DNA from: Cycas panzhihuaensis
Lineage: Eukaryota; Plantae; Cycadophyta
Assembly (NCBI GenBank): GCA_023213395.1
Contig: CM041465.1
Location: 192,145,741 to 192,209,740, forward strand
DNA length: 64,000 nt
Direction of reading: 5' to 3'
This document shows, piece after piece, positions 13,311 to 27,500 of the stretch. The translations under genes and the position numbers were made by a program. Position 1 is the stretch's first letter. Each line of letters starts with the position of its first letter. Below the pieces are notes generated by a model. That model was not told where the DNA came from. It did not search any database and saw only the letters and a list, made by a program, of their open reading frames with translations.

Positions 13311-14766
13311 TGCTATGTGTGCAAATAGAAAAGCATGCTAGATTTAGTAGGGGAACTAGATGTTGCTTCCGATCCAAGGTTTCCCTTGCTTTAGTACAAT
13401 GTTTCCAAATATAATTTTAGAAGTTTTGATACAAAAGCCACAATGGGCTAAAAAATGGATCAACTTGTCGCTAAAATGATGATTTTTCTAAATCTATATG
13501 CATGCTATTTTGCCCTATTTTATGTTTTTTACACAAAACTTACAAATAATAATAAATACATAAATTTTTAAAAATTACAAATATGAAGCCCTAAATTATG
13601 AAATCTAAATTTATGATAGAAGGCGAAAATGTTTAGAATGTCGTTTTTGATAGAGTTGTGAAGTCAGATTTTAGAAAAGGCACAAAAAATTTTCTACTCG
13701 AAAAAGTAGCGAAGTAAATCCATGCTAGATCAACTATCTCAGAATCTGAAATTCAATATGTTAAAAATTATGTTTTGACACATACATTAACTTTTCCTTC
13801 TGCACCATCTACAAAATCTGCCAAAATATTACCCAAAAAACCCTTGCAAGGTCCTTTGTAGGGTTGAGTAGGCAAAATCAACAACCATGAGAAAACTGCA
13901 TAGATCTCACTAACTAGTGGATGAAATTTTATGAGATTTATCTTAAAATGATCTTAAGACATAAATCTACCAGATCCCTTAATAAAACTTTTAGATCTTC
14001 AGCTTATAATTAAAGGATTTCATTAGGAAAAGTGCTTTAAATCACTTATCCACAAAATTTACCCTTTTGTTAGAGTCAAAACTCACTGTTTTAGGCTGAA
14101 TCTGAAGTTTCTCTAGAAGACAAAACTAATCCTCTAGTCAAGGCAACCTTTCATGCCAAATTTTATCAAATTCTGAGATGGTCAACTTTTTATGAAATTT
14201 TGGGCCTTTAATGCTTTTGGGAATTTGTTTTGATTGAGCGACTTCAAAAACCTATATTTTTCACCTCTAAATTTCTGCACACATGGACAAAGTAGTAACA
14301 TGCAAAATACTATAATTTTAAGCTCTCAAAATGTTAAAAAATAATGAATGCACTATCAATACTTCACATTGAAGGTGAAGGAGAGGCAAAATGACTCCAT
14401 ACAAGTGGAATGGGGTGAATAGATCCCCTTCTAGCTCTGATATCACATGAAGGAATGATGGATCTAGGAGATAAATCACTCACATGCACACAATGGCAAT
14501 GGAGAATGGAAAAGAAGATGAAACAAGATATGAGAGCAAGCTTGGAGGTGAGAATGAAAATAATAACTCCCTTCTTGATATTTTACTTTTTATTATTGAG
14601 GGTGAGTATTAGGGTTAGTATTTTTTTACCTAATGATATGAACCCAAAATTACATCTAAATGCACATAAAGTACATTTTATTAAGAGACTAATACTAATA
14701 ATATATCCTAAGGTCACATAATTAATCTACACAAATGACCTTGATACATTAACCTCTTTCACATAT

Positions 14767-16734
14767 ATATTGTGATACTATGTAGAGAAGCAGTAACCAA
14801 TTGAATGTTACCAGCCTGGCTTAGGAGAGCACCTTTCTGGCCACCTAGTTTTCTTTGCATCCTATCTATAATAGGGTTCCAGAGGTCCTTCCTCATATTC
14901 CCAACAAATAGAGGCATGCCTAGATAGGTAGATGATAGAGATCTGATTGGCATCTCCAACTCCCTACTTATCTTTCTTTATAGTCTCTCATGAATATTTA
15001 TAAAAAAGATAAAGCTTTTATCTAGATTTATTCTTTGATTTGTGGCTCTTTCACATGCTTGGAGTCCTGCCTTAAAAGCTCTAGCTTCCCCCAAGGCTGC
15101 CTTTCTAAGGAAGATGTTTTCATCCACAAACTGGTGATGGATAATATTATCCAAACCGAATGCGGGATTTAGCCCAGAAATCCACCCTTTCCTCCTGGCC
15201 TCCTCAATAACACTCCCAAGAATTTCTGCCATGGTAATAAAGAGGTAAGCAGATAAAGGGTCCCCTTGCCTCAACCCTCTCAAATCGGGGAACAATGAAG
15301 TCGAGATCCCATTAATCAAAACTAAAAATTATGGTTTAGTAATACATCTTATCATCCATTTCGTCCATACCTCGTCGAACCCAAAGGCCTAAAGACAATC
15401 CGATAGGCAATCCCATGTCACTCTGTCATAAGCTTTGGACATATCAATTTTTATTACCATGCCAGCTTCCCTCCTTTGGTGGACTGAGTGAATCATTTCA
15501 TGGACTGCAATAATGCCATCCAAAATTTGTCTACCCTTAACAAAACCATCTTAGTTAGGGGATATAATCTTTAGTAGGCACTCCTTCAATCTATTAGCCA
15601 AAATCTTAGCTAAGATTTTATATTTGATATTACAAAAGCTTATCGATCTAAACTCCTCCATAGCTTTCGCCCCTTCTTTCTTAGGAATCAAGACCAGGAA
15701 CGTGGCCCGCCAATCCTTTAGAATTGTTTTCTTATTATGAAATTCATCCACTGTTAGCTTTAGATCTTCCTTTATTATATCCCAAAACATTTGGTAAAAA
15801 CCTAGAGGAAAGGCATCTGGGCCAGGGGCTTTATCCCTCCCCATATTAAAGAGGGCCTTCTCCACCTCCTCCATAGTGAAAGGCTCCTTTAACCACTTGT
15901 TTTGATCATCCTTGATCAACTTAGGGATGAGACCCAACAACTCCTTTCTAAGGTCCTCCTCCCGACAACCTGGTTCTTGGAATAAATTCTTAAAATAGTC
16001 CACCACGATACCTTTTATGCCCTTTTCCGTCTCCTCAACATCTCCCCCATTGCCCCTCAATTTATTTATTCTATTACTGGCTCTATGTTTGTGGGTCGTC
16101 ATGTGAAATAATTTAGTGTTTCTATCCCCCTCTGCCAACCAGAGGGCCCTAGACTTCTGCTTCCAGTGGATTTTCTCCCTGGCTAAAATCTCCTCTAGGT
16201 TTGTGATAATCGAGCATTCCAAGTGGTCCATGGTGAGGGATCTACCTTCCTCCTGAATTCTACCCTCAACCTCCTTTAGCTCATCCATCAAATGACTTTT
16301 TGTATAGAAGATGCTGCCAAACACTTCTTTGTTCTAGGTCTTAATTTGTGTTTTCATCCAACTTAGCTTCCTTGAAAATTTGTACATCGCATACCCCTCC
16401 ACCGGGATGCTCTACCATTCTTTTACCTAGTTCCTAAGATTTAATTGTTTCATCCACATAAGTTCAAATCTAAAGGGGGCTCCATGATATCTTCCTTGAG
16501 GTTAAATTCCAACATCAGTGATGAATGATTTAAGGCCACCTTAGGCAGTGCGTCTAATTTGATATCTTCATGCATCCTTGTCCACTCATAATTGATCAAC
16601 ACCCTATCGAGCTTTATCTGGATGTGATTATGCCCCAATCTTCTGTTCGACTAGGTATACTTACCACCACACAATGGAACATCTATTAGACCCCCTTCTT
16701 GCAGGAAATCCCCCAGGTCTGACATACTCCTAGT
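14767..16734 (-). pseudogene. LINE ORF2 endonuclease C-terminus and reverse transcriptase, disrupted
   Basis: ORF fragments 16450-16638, 15551-16324, 14978-15319 and 14759-14959 carry canonical L1 RT motifs. Confidence 0.92.
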
Positions 16735-17399
16735 AAGAGAGAGCAGACATATGATGAAAGAGGGGAGGAGAATTTTTTGAAACTTTCTTCTTATATTTTT
16801 TGAAAAGACTTTTTAATACAAGTCCATTTCTTTTGATGTTCTTGTATTGTAAAAGGAGGGTTTTTAGAGGTAAGAGTTGAAATGATGTAGAGTTTTATTT
16901 GTAGACTAAAGTTTAGGGAAGTGTTGATCATTATTTTGTTTTAGAGACTAAACACCATTGGTAAGTGCATCAATGTTGCAGTGTTTTAGCCTAAATGGTA
17001 AATTTATATTTTTAATACAAAAATAAAGTATGTTGGAAAGCATTGAAGAACTTGATGTATTCTCCGTTTGTATTTCATTTCTATTAAGTAGAATTATAGA
17101 TATTTTATACAGTCATATAGTTTTCTTATTCTATGGTTAATAACTACCCTAAAAGAAGCAAATAGCTATGATGATATAAAATAGACAATCTTGATATTCT
17201 CAAGCCTTAGTTATTTTATATGCTTCTTTTAAGATTATTTCCATCATTAAAAAGTATAAAGTGTATGTTAAGGTTTTCTAATTGTACCTTGTTCTTGTTA
17301 ATGGTGCTTTCTCTTTCAAGGCATAAGTGGGGTTTGATCAATTTTGGGTATTTCCCTAGTGAATGGTTTTAAGAATATTACTAGAAAGAATTAGTTGAT

Positions 17400-20300
17400 A
17401 AGTGGTCAATTTTGCTAATAACCTTATGTAGGCAACATACTTGCTTTAGAATCTTTATCTTAACAATGGAGCTTGACAAAGATGTTAGGAAACACTTTTG
17501 TAAAGACCCCCTCCTTTAATTTCTTTACTCTAGTTACTCTCAAGAGGATTCATAAGATCTAATGAAGGATCTTATCTATCTAAGCACTATTATAGGTATC
17601 ATTGTGTTATGCCACCCCAAACATCATAGGCCTTAAAGTGTTATCCATAGGCATACTAGATTATCACAATTGATATTTTATAGGCAAAATAATGTACTAT
17701 GATTTACAATCAATATTTCTCTATAAAACTCCTCACCTCATGCGTATTCTTGGGTGATGGTTATTCCATAATGGTTATGATTTTTAGTATATCAACTAAA
17801 ATTCCTACTTTTGAAATGACATGTACTAGATAATGCACCTCCTCTTTATAGAATTCACACTTGCTTAGCTTAGCATATAACTTGTTCTCTTTAAGCAATT
17901 ATAATGTAATTCGTAAGTGCTCTTCTTTAGTTATTGAATAAATCAATATTCCATTTATAAACACTATGAAAAATTTGTCTAAATACTTTCTCAAGATGTT
18001 ATTCATCAAGCATATGAGTGTTACAAGTGTATCGGTCAATTTAAATGGCATTACTAGGAATTCATAATGCCTATATCATGTGCTTATAGTAGTCTTAATA
18101 ACATCCTCTTCCTTGATTCTAATTTGGTAATATCCTAATCTAAGGTCTATCTTGGGGAAAAAATTAGCTCCCTTCATTTGATCGAATAAATCTTCAATTT
18201 AGGGTAAGGGATATTTATTCTTGAATATTGCCTTATTTAATTACCAATAATCTATGCATACTCTCCTAGTTCCATCTTTCTTTTTTACAAATAAGACTAG
18301 CTCCCCATGATAAAACATTATGCCTAATAGTACCTTTGTTAAGTAGACCCTATAACTACATTTTAAATTTGACCAATTTTGGTGTAGCCAGGCGATATAG
18401 TGCCTTAGAGAGTGGTTTTGCTTTTAACATGAGTTGATTACATAATCCACATCTCATTTGGGTGGCCACCCTCACAACTCTTTTAGGAATATGTCCTTGA
18501 ATTCTTATATTACTATATGATTCACTTGGTTAGGTTCCATGAGGGTCCTTTCTTTATTTACATGGGCAACATAAGCTTGACAACCTTTTATTAGGGACTT
18601 CTTTATTTGTGTTGTTAAAATTTATTGAATATTAACTAGAATTTTCATTTCCTGAATGAGAGTGGTTCTCCATTATTATTCAATCACTCAATCAACTTAT
18701 TATAGAAGTCAGATTTTACCTAGTGCTTTACCAACCACTCCAAACCAATGATAGTATTATAATCCCATAATAACATGATCTAGAAAGTGGCATAAGTAAA
18801 CTATGACTCCCACTTTAATGGATAAAAGGGTACATATTCTATCACATTCATTTTGTTACCATTTTTCATATGTATAATCCATTTATCCTTGTGAGTTTGA
18901 GTCTTGAGTTTGCACTTTTCAAAATTCTAAGGTGCAAGAATTTATCACTACTCTCTAAGTCAATGAGTGTAGTAAGGTATTGCCTTGTGATCTTACTAGT
19001 TACTTGCACCATAATGAATTAGTTATCAACTTGTCTTCCCTTAGTTGTTGCATGAACATGCATGTATCCTATATCTTTGGCTTCATCTACTATAGTGGGT
19101 TATAGCTCTATGTTGTAAGCTCCTCTTCTTGCTCCTGGCCTTTGTGGATAATTAGGAGCATAGTGTCCTTGCTTATTACATCAGTAGCATATATTGTCTT
19201 ATAATTTTCTAAGAATACTCATGGGTAATGGATTAGGCCTTAGGTTGCCTAACAATCAATTGAAATTTTTTCCTCCTTGATTGAATATTTGTGGTCTAAA
19301 ATCCTTCTTTGGTAGACATGACCTTAGTAGCCATCTTCCTTTTCAACCAACTTGTCCATGTTATGGCTTTGCCCATTGGTCTTTATAACACCTAGCCTTG
19401 TAAGTTGCCTCTTTCAAGGTCATAGGATCTTGATTCTATTTTTGATATTTCCATTTAATCCATTGATAAACACATGGGACTTTACCTTTTCTTCTTGGAT
19501 GTAAGGATCATATTAGAGAAGTTCCATGAATTCCCTCTCTCATTAGAATTGAATCATTCAGTTCAAACTATTTCTCGATGTTAAGCAGCCATGACTCTGC
19601 TTCACCTTCACTCTTGATTTCTCCATTGAAAATGGGTGGCCTCACCTTCTCATTTTAAACTAGAGTACACTCTTCTTACCTCTACGCTCACCTCATTTGG
19701 GAGTTTCAATGAAGGACTTAGTGCTTGTATAGTATTTCTCCTCACTGTGCTCTCTAAACCTTCTCTTACCTCTTCTAGTTGAATGCTCGTGAGTTGATGG
19801 TTCTTGGGGCCTACCCCTCCTTCTATTACTCCTGGCATTCTAAACCCTTTTAGTATTTTCTTTATCAATAATTTATTGAATGTTTTAGAGAATCACCTCA
19901 TGGCTTCTCAAAATCCTTTTTTTGTTTTCTTTATAGCTCTTTAATTACTCTTACAAACTATGAATAGTCTTTATTAATGCAACTAAAACATTAGTTTATA
20001 AGTTCTCCCTATGACTTGGAAACTCTTAAGCATCTATATCTTCAGATCTGAGGTCTCTTTGGACTAATTATACCCTTCAAGTATCATCCCTATATAGAAT
20101 TCATCTCATCCTCATGATGTCTCTTATTAACCTAAATGTGATCTTTCCAAGGTTGGTTAAAATTCAACCAATATATTAGAGTTCGACTTGATCTTCTAAA
20201 AGGTTCTTTATTAATTTTATAAGCTCTAAATTTAAGGCTCTAATAGGCCCTTTATAGCATTCCACCTTGAAGCTCTAAGAAACTCCTTACTGGCTATGGA

Positions 20301-21851
20301 AGCTTCAATCCTTATAGCTCTAATACCACCTTAACATTAACCCCCCTATCTTAACTAAAGGTCACTTATGACCTTACTTAGTTGTAACTAATGAGTCTAC
20401 TAACCAAACAAATACTAATTATACTACTTGAATTATAGAAGCTTAAATTAGAGTTTTACACGTGTATGGAATAAAAAATATTTTCCCAAAAGATGTAGTT
20501 AGTTTAAGAGGATAGATGTGTCTCTCAAAGGTACCCAAAACACATTCCCAATAGTAGTATTTCATAAAAAGCAATAATTGTTAAAGTAACATAGTTCATC
20601 ATTAGATCATTATTCATACAACTTAACTGTAAAAGGACCAACCAAATTACCCAGATGGATTCATCGCCCAACCAACCAAATTCCTAAAGAGGAAATCACC
20701 CCTGCTCTAGAGCACATAATATAAATATTGGAGTTTGGTATGTCACTCCTCTCTCAAATCTATATCTTATCCTAAATGACTTTTTTGGTCACAAATCTAC
20801 AAATAGATACTGCTAAAATATTTATGAGCATTCCCACTGCACTTAACTTATATAATCAAATATGGAAATGCCATGCCACATATGGTTTAATCTTGTTAGA
20901 CTCTCTCTCTATATGGCTCGTGTATCCTATACCATGTATTGCATGACTGGTAACCCTATATGTATCATCATTGGATCTCACCATAATGAGGTTGTGTGTT
21001 TCACATCACAATAGCACTCGCCAATGATGAAATTATTAATATGTACCCTCCATGCATCACTCATGTACACAATAACAAGAATAAGAATAAAGAGGGGACT
21101 CACCCAACCCTCACAAGAAAGGGGACTTGCTCAACCCAAATTCGTATCATGATTTTAGAGGAAAGAGGACTTGCTTAAGTTAAATTCCTTTCATATTACA
21201 AAGGGGACTCACCCAACCCAAATCCCACATGCCAATTGAAATTTAGCATTATCAAAATAGTCTAATGGGAATAACATAGTAATGGACATACACATTCATG
21301 CTACTTACCAAACTTATCCCTTACACTGGGTGGAGGTAAACTCTAAGAGACTCCAATGTGAGCTGAATTATGCATTACAGAATACTACTCTAGGGTATGA
21401 TTATACAATGTATGTAATCCAACTTTGGTAAAATTCAACCATAAAGAGTTTATAAAATCACCACTAAGAGATTTAAATATCCCCCCCTCATCATCCCTTT
21501 AAGAATTAGGCTCAAATACCTAGTCTTCGTGTCTTAGAAGGACTCTAGTTGCATTTTGGTTTCTCACCACCTTTGTTTAATGCTTTAACTTTCATTGCCT
21601 TCCCCAAATACAAAGGGATGGAAGAAGATCTCATTTTCTCTTTATTTTCCAACTAAATACTCCCCCCTTAGTGAGTTAGTTTGCAATTATTAATGCCAAC
21701 AAGCCTTTATGGGAGGTTTTACCCTGCGATGGTTGTATTAGGGCTTATAATTATTATAGTTGAAGTAGTTTCCCTCTACTTTCTTATAAAAATCATCAGA
21801 ATATCTCTACATTTGATGTCCTTATACATCCCTCTTCTTGGCATATTGACA
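17400..21851 (-). mobile_element. 3'-truncated Ty3/Gypsy chromovirus (Tekay/Del-like): 5' LTR, PBS, gag, PR, RT, part of RH
   Basis: Minus-strand [48 protein letters not shown] at ~18120-18310; Met PBS gctctaatacca 20317-20328; LTR-like region ~20331-21851 ending ...gcatattgaca. Boundaries approximate; no TSD found. Confidence 0.8.
21093..21228. repeat. Four degenerate GGGGACT(C/T)..C.CAACC sub-repeats in the Gypsy LTR
   Basis: ggggactcacccaacc, ggggacttgctcaacc, gaggacttgcttaag, ggggactcacccaacc. Confidence 0.65.
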
Positions 21852-24595
21852 CCTTCAATGGGTACCCTATTAATCTAATTTAACATTATTTTATCTATTA
21901 ATGAGAATGTTTTAGTGAAATTGTGAGTGTTTGTAAGTTGCACTCTTGTTCGACTTCACTATATTATCAATACATTAGGCTTAACTATGTACATTATATT
22001 TGCATGGATAATCCATCTTTTTGTTTTGATAATGTAGGTCTATGATCAAGGATTCTAATGCAGTTGGAATCAATTGAATCTAACCTTAGATGAGTGAGTT
22101 ATAATCATTCTTATAGAGCACAAAAATCAAGACATTTTTCTTATAAATCCTTTGCTTTTGTAATCTTATATGCATATGTTTGGTCTCACTAATTCATTTA
22201 AGAAAGTGCAAAAGCATTAGAATGTATGAACATGAGCTCTAATACCATATTAAAAATAAATTAACTATGAACATAATAGATTAAATGGGTGAGTGAATAA
22301 ACAGAAAATGAAGCACAATGAAGATAAAGTCTGTACATGTTAATACAATGAAATAGAAGAATCCCTAAAGTTCAAATTAGAATAAGAATGATGTATATAC
22401 TTATAGTACAGCTCGACACATATGTGAAAACCCTTAATGGTCAACTTGTTGTAAGTTAGCACATATTTCTATATGGCACACAACTTTAGGAGACCTCAAA
22501 TATAAAATAAAAATAAAATGGAGAGAGTGTGAATAGGGATAAATATGTAATTGGGTATTACCCTCAGCATTCCCCCCTATTATAGATAATTACGTAAAAT
22601 AAAATATCATATCAAAAGTATAAATTTGCGTCTTCAAATGAATGCTAGAATACAAGTTGTTACAATGATATAATCTATTATTGATGTCTATATAAAGTGA
22701 ACTTGATCTACTAGATCACATGGATAACCAACCACTATGACTGCCAGTTAGCTAGGATGTTCCTTTATGTGTGTGGTATAGTCAATGTCAAGTCAACTCC
22801 ACCTTATGAACACACCATCCTATATAGACAGATAGGTAATCTATTAAATAAATATATAAGAGTAGTTAAAAAGGGGATCCCACCTCAATATGGGATAATA
22901 CAAGTAGTTCTTTAATTACAATAAATAATACAAGTCGCTCTTCAGGTACAATATAGGGATTTTTATTATATATCCATGATTTAATCCTTGGGCATCTTAG
23001 TCATCCCTCTTTCACTAAAGGTCATTACGAGAAGTGTCTATTTTCCTCCTTTACATATATACTTCATGGTGCTATAATATAATCGACTATCATGCTAGTC
23101 TTATATATTAAAAGTCATTGTAGTGATGCCCTTCATACTATATGCGTACACTTTTAATAATTCTAAATGCTCTTTGCTCTTTGTGTGGATCTTTCTATAG
23201 GTGTCTTCTTATTCTCCTTCTCTATGTAGGACTTCAAATGGTGGCTAGTATAGATGAAGCACCTGCTCCCATCGATGTTGATGTGACCTATATAGAGTAT
23301 GTTAGGTGGAAGACTATCATTACAATAACAATATTAAACAATTTTAATGGCACTTTTAATCTTGTTAGTCTAGCAACTACTCATAACACTAATATTCAAA
23401 ATGGTAATTTCTACCCCAGCTCCATGGCATTCAATAATCATCATAATTGACATCAACAATAACAACATAATAGTAATCCATGTTGGAATGTATGATAGTT
23501 AGCTCTATGTGTAGGTCACCCTCTTGTCATCAAATGTAGGATAGAGCTTTTAAATAAAGAGGCACATAAGATTTGAATACTATAAATAAAGATATCTAAT
23601 TTTTTTCAAGCCCTTGAGGGTTTTATAACTTCAAACTGTAGAGATCTAAATAGAAATTAGAAACTCTTTTTAACAAAAAAATATATAATATATTCTCCTA
23701 TTTTAGGCATGATTTCTTCAACTTTATTGTAGTACATTTCATAGGGCATGATAGCAAATAAAATAACTCTTACATTTCTCTTTCTCTTTTTTTAAGAACA
23801 TGCAATTATAAAATAAAGGATAGATACTCAAAGTCTTTCTATCAACTATAATAAAAATACATCTTTTGATATTTAAGTAACCTTCATAATAAGACATAAA
23901 AGACAATCATTTTTTGTCATATTTCCATTATCTCTTGACAAGAGATTGCTATGTTTATAGGTTGATCAAACCTACAATTGTGGCAAATTTTAGCTTCAGT
24001 TTTTATCAATAAACAACAACTTTAAAATGTTGTTTTGTAACTTCATGTAAAATACCCACATGCAATTTTTTATGGGCCCATATACAACTAAAAAATTGGT
24101 CATAAAAGATACATAAATCTACCTTTTTATCTTTCGTAAAACCTCTCTATTATAGCATCAAATTGCTCCAAAATAGGCTTCAAAACAACCACTAACAACT
24201 CCTCCAAACAAGCTTTAAAAAATGACCTTTTAACAATTTTAATTAGGATTCAAAATAACCTTATAAAAACATCAAGATAGCCCTTTAAAATGACTTATAA
24301 AATAGTGATAAAATAGCCCCAAATATGTCTCAAATAATAGTAAAAAGATAGCACCTGAAATCTATATTTCTATATTAAAAAATAATCCTTAATAAACTTG
24401 AAAAGGATAACAAACTAGGTCATTTAATCAGGCACTAAAAAGAGGTTCCTTAAATAACATTTAAATGGCTCTAAAAAATTTGAAAGCTAGGCTCTGAGGT
24501 ATTGCCCTTAAGGATTGAACCTTGGGCTATGATACAATATTTAAATGTATGAATGTCAGCTTTGATACCATGTTGAAATATATGAATGCTAGCTC

Positions 24596-27500
24596 TGAAG
24601 AGAAAATATAACTACAGAGTAATGTGATAATAGAACTTTAAACCATGCGAAAAATAAATAGCATAAACAAGTTAAGCACTTAATAAAGAACACCAGAAAA
24701 TTCAAGTCTAAGCATAGACCTTTTTATTAATCTAAGCAATAGTTAAAGAATTACAAAGATGAATAAATCCCAACTCTTCTCATCGACTCATTAAAGACTC
24801 ATCCACAACCATGTTATATGTGCCGTTACATAAGAATATATAGATACAACATTACAAAATATTGTCTTGTGATTTTACAATATAATGGGCATAAACCACA
24901 AAGGGACTCGGGTGTAATGCATATACCCATGTAACTAACACTTACAAAGTGTTCAACATATCTAACAATCTCCCACTTATTGAACACTCTATAAGAAACC
25001 TGCATACACAACTACTTAATGCCAAAATCACAAACACCCATTGCAATTCTATACTATCTAATTTTTTTTGTGCTAACAATCTTGGTCAATGAGTTTGAAG
25101 CATTCTCTTATGTAGCAATCTTCTACAAATCCACCTTGTGATCTTGAACCATTTCCCTTACAAAATGGAACTACACATTAATATGCTTCAATCGAGCATG
25201 AAAAAATAGGATTCTTTGCTAGGTAGATTGTACTTTGACTATCACAATCTATCCTCACAACATCCTACTTGAAGCTAATATCTATGCATAATCTCTGTAA
25301 CCAAACCACTTCCTTGAACGTATGAGTAGTTGCCATATACTTTGCTTCTGTGCTAGAAAGGGCCATAACTTCTTATCTTTTACTCATCCAACTGACTGTG
25401 CCACCACAAAGAGTAAAAACATACTTGCTTGTAGATCTTCTGCTATCAAGATCTCCAGTCCAATCAACATTAACAAAACCTCTCAGGTTCACTATTTTAC
25501 TCTCTACAGGATCTTCTTGATAGCAAATTCTATAATCTGATGTACCCCAAAGATACTTGAAAATCCTTTTCACAGCTAGCCAATGCTCCTTGTCCAGGTT
25601 TAACATATACCTGCTAACTACTCCCATTATATGAGTAATGTTTGGTCGAGTGCAAACCATCGCAACACTAACATAAGAGACAAATGCCATGCCTTCAACT
25701 TCTTGGTGAGTCCTTAAGTATGGTTCATCTAATAATTTTAAACTACTAGAAAGAGGAACATTAACTAATTTACTATCCTACAACCTGAACCACTACAATA
25801 TTGTGTACTGTCTTTGGCTAAGCCAAATCTTCCTATTTCTCCTATCCATTTTAATCACAATGCCCAGAATAAAATATGCAGCACCAAGGTCATTCATCTC
25901 AAAGTAAGATGCCAATTAGCCTTTCATAAGTTGGCTCATTTCTTTATTGTTACTAACTAAAAGGATGTCATCGATATATAAAGCTAGAACAACAAAATAA
26001 TCACTAACCTGCTTATAATAAACACAATGATCTACTTTGCTATGCACAAAGCCATCCGCTAATATATGTGAATCAAACTTCTAATACCACATCCTTGGTG
26101 ATTGTTTCAAGCCATATAATGACTTCTTCAACCTACACACCATATTCTCCTTTCCTACAACTTCAAACCCTTCAAGCTATAATATAAATTTCTTTCTCGA
26201 GGTCACTGTGAAAAAATGTAGTCTTCACATCCATTTAATCCACCTCAAGTTCGTAGGTAGTTGTTATAACTAACAAAAATCTAATTGAAGTAACTTTTAC
26301 AACATGAGAAAATACCTCACCAAAATCTATTCCCTTGACCTGGGAATAGCCCTTTGCTACTAAGCAAGCCTTGTATATTTTTATAGTACTATCTGCCCAA
26401 AACTTCTTCTTAAAGATGCATTTGTTATCAACAAGTTTTCTACTATTACGTAGATCCACCAAATCCTATGTGTTATTTTTATCCAAGGTAATCATTTCTT
26501 CTTGCATGGCCTTCATCCAGAGTTGGATCTCTTTCGAGTCCAAAGCCTCTTGAAAAGTACCTAGATCATTATCTATAGCAGATAAAATAAAAGAGGAGCG
26601 ATAGAAGTCTTCAAGAATATACCTTCTAGACTGTCTTCTCTCATAAATTGATCTCCTCAAGATGTGAGCTTCTTGAGGTTGAGCTACCTCTACAACTGGT
26701 CTTTCCTCTTTAGCTAACTCATATTCTGATGGAGAATCTTCAACCCTTGCCTCAAAGTATACCTTCATAGAGTGTTCCTCTATTTTTTCATCGTAATTTA
26801 GAGACTTGAACTTCTCTCTAAAGATAACATCATGACTATATAAAACTTTTTGTATTTTAAGGTTATAAAGCTTATACCCTTTAACACCATCATCATAGCC
26901 AATGAAAATAATATTTTGTGCTTTGAAATCAAGCTTAGTCCTTTGTTGTCTAGGAAAGCTTCATAACCAAAAACTCTAAGATGATCAAAAGATGGTTTCT
27001 TACCAGACCACAATTCTTCAAGTGTTACTAAGGCAATTATTGGTGATCTATTTATCATGTAGTGTGTAGAGATCATAACCTTAGCCTAGAATTTCTTCTC
27101 TAATCTAGCAACACTGAGCATACTCCTCAATCTCTCTAGTAAGATCCTATTCATTCTTTTAGCAATTCCATTCTATTGTGGTATATAGGGGATTGTCTTT
27201 TGTCTTGCTATCCCACACAACTTACAGAACTACTCAAACTCCTTTGAGAAAAACTTGTCTCCATTGTCAGTCCTTAGTATGTTGATTTGCTTATCACTCT
27301 AATTTTCAACTAAGGCATTGGGTTCTTTGAATTTACTAAAGACTTCATATTTCTGCCTAAGAAAGTATAACCATGACTTTCTCGAGAAATCATCTACGAA
27401 TGAGATAAAGTATTTGTACCCACCTAATAAGGGAACATCAACAGGTCTGAAAACATCGGTATGCACCAATTGTAGAATACCATTTGCCGTCTTCGAGATT

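Larger units (their letters stand above)
7114..14761 (-). mobile_element. Full-length decayed Ty1/Copia element, family 2 copy 1, with ~2-kb 5' leader
   Basis: 314-bp LTRs 7114-7427 and 14448-14761 (TG...CA, about 18 mismatches by eye); TSD CATAT (7109-7113/14762-14766); PBS gctctgatatca 14434-14445; PPT atccccccttaat at 7428. Confidence 0.95.
204..16734 (-). mobile_element. 5'-truncated plant L1-clade LINE (EN remnant - RT - zf-RVT - RNase H), ~3.9 kb net, split into ~204-1974, 6939-7113 and 14762-16734 by two Copia insertions
   Basis: L1 ORF2 motifs: KLDRVLIN (EN C-term), WKQKSRALWLAEGDRNTKLFH, KAPGPDAF, FRSISFCNIKYKILAKILANRLK, GLRQGDPLSAYLF, HHQFVDE, YLGMPL. The 6944-7108 spacer reads SIFKI...IHLVIWDKVCMPKW and joins both neighbours. 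Putative TSD 186-203/16735-16752. Confidence 0.9.

Noticed and set aside
24526-24595. 33-bp periodic repeat as a CRISPR-like array
   Set aside because: The repeat is the tRNA-iMet PBS, the spacers are copies of each other, and the context is eukaryotic with no cas genes.
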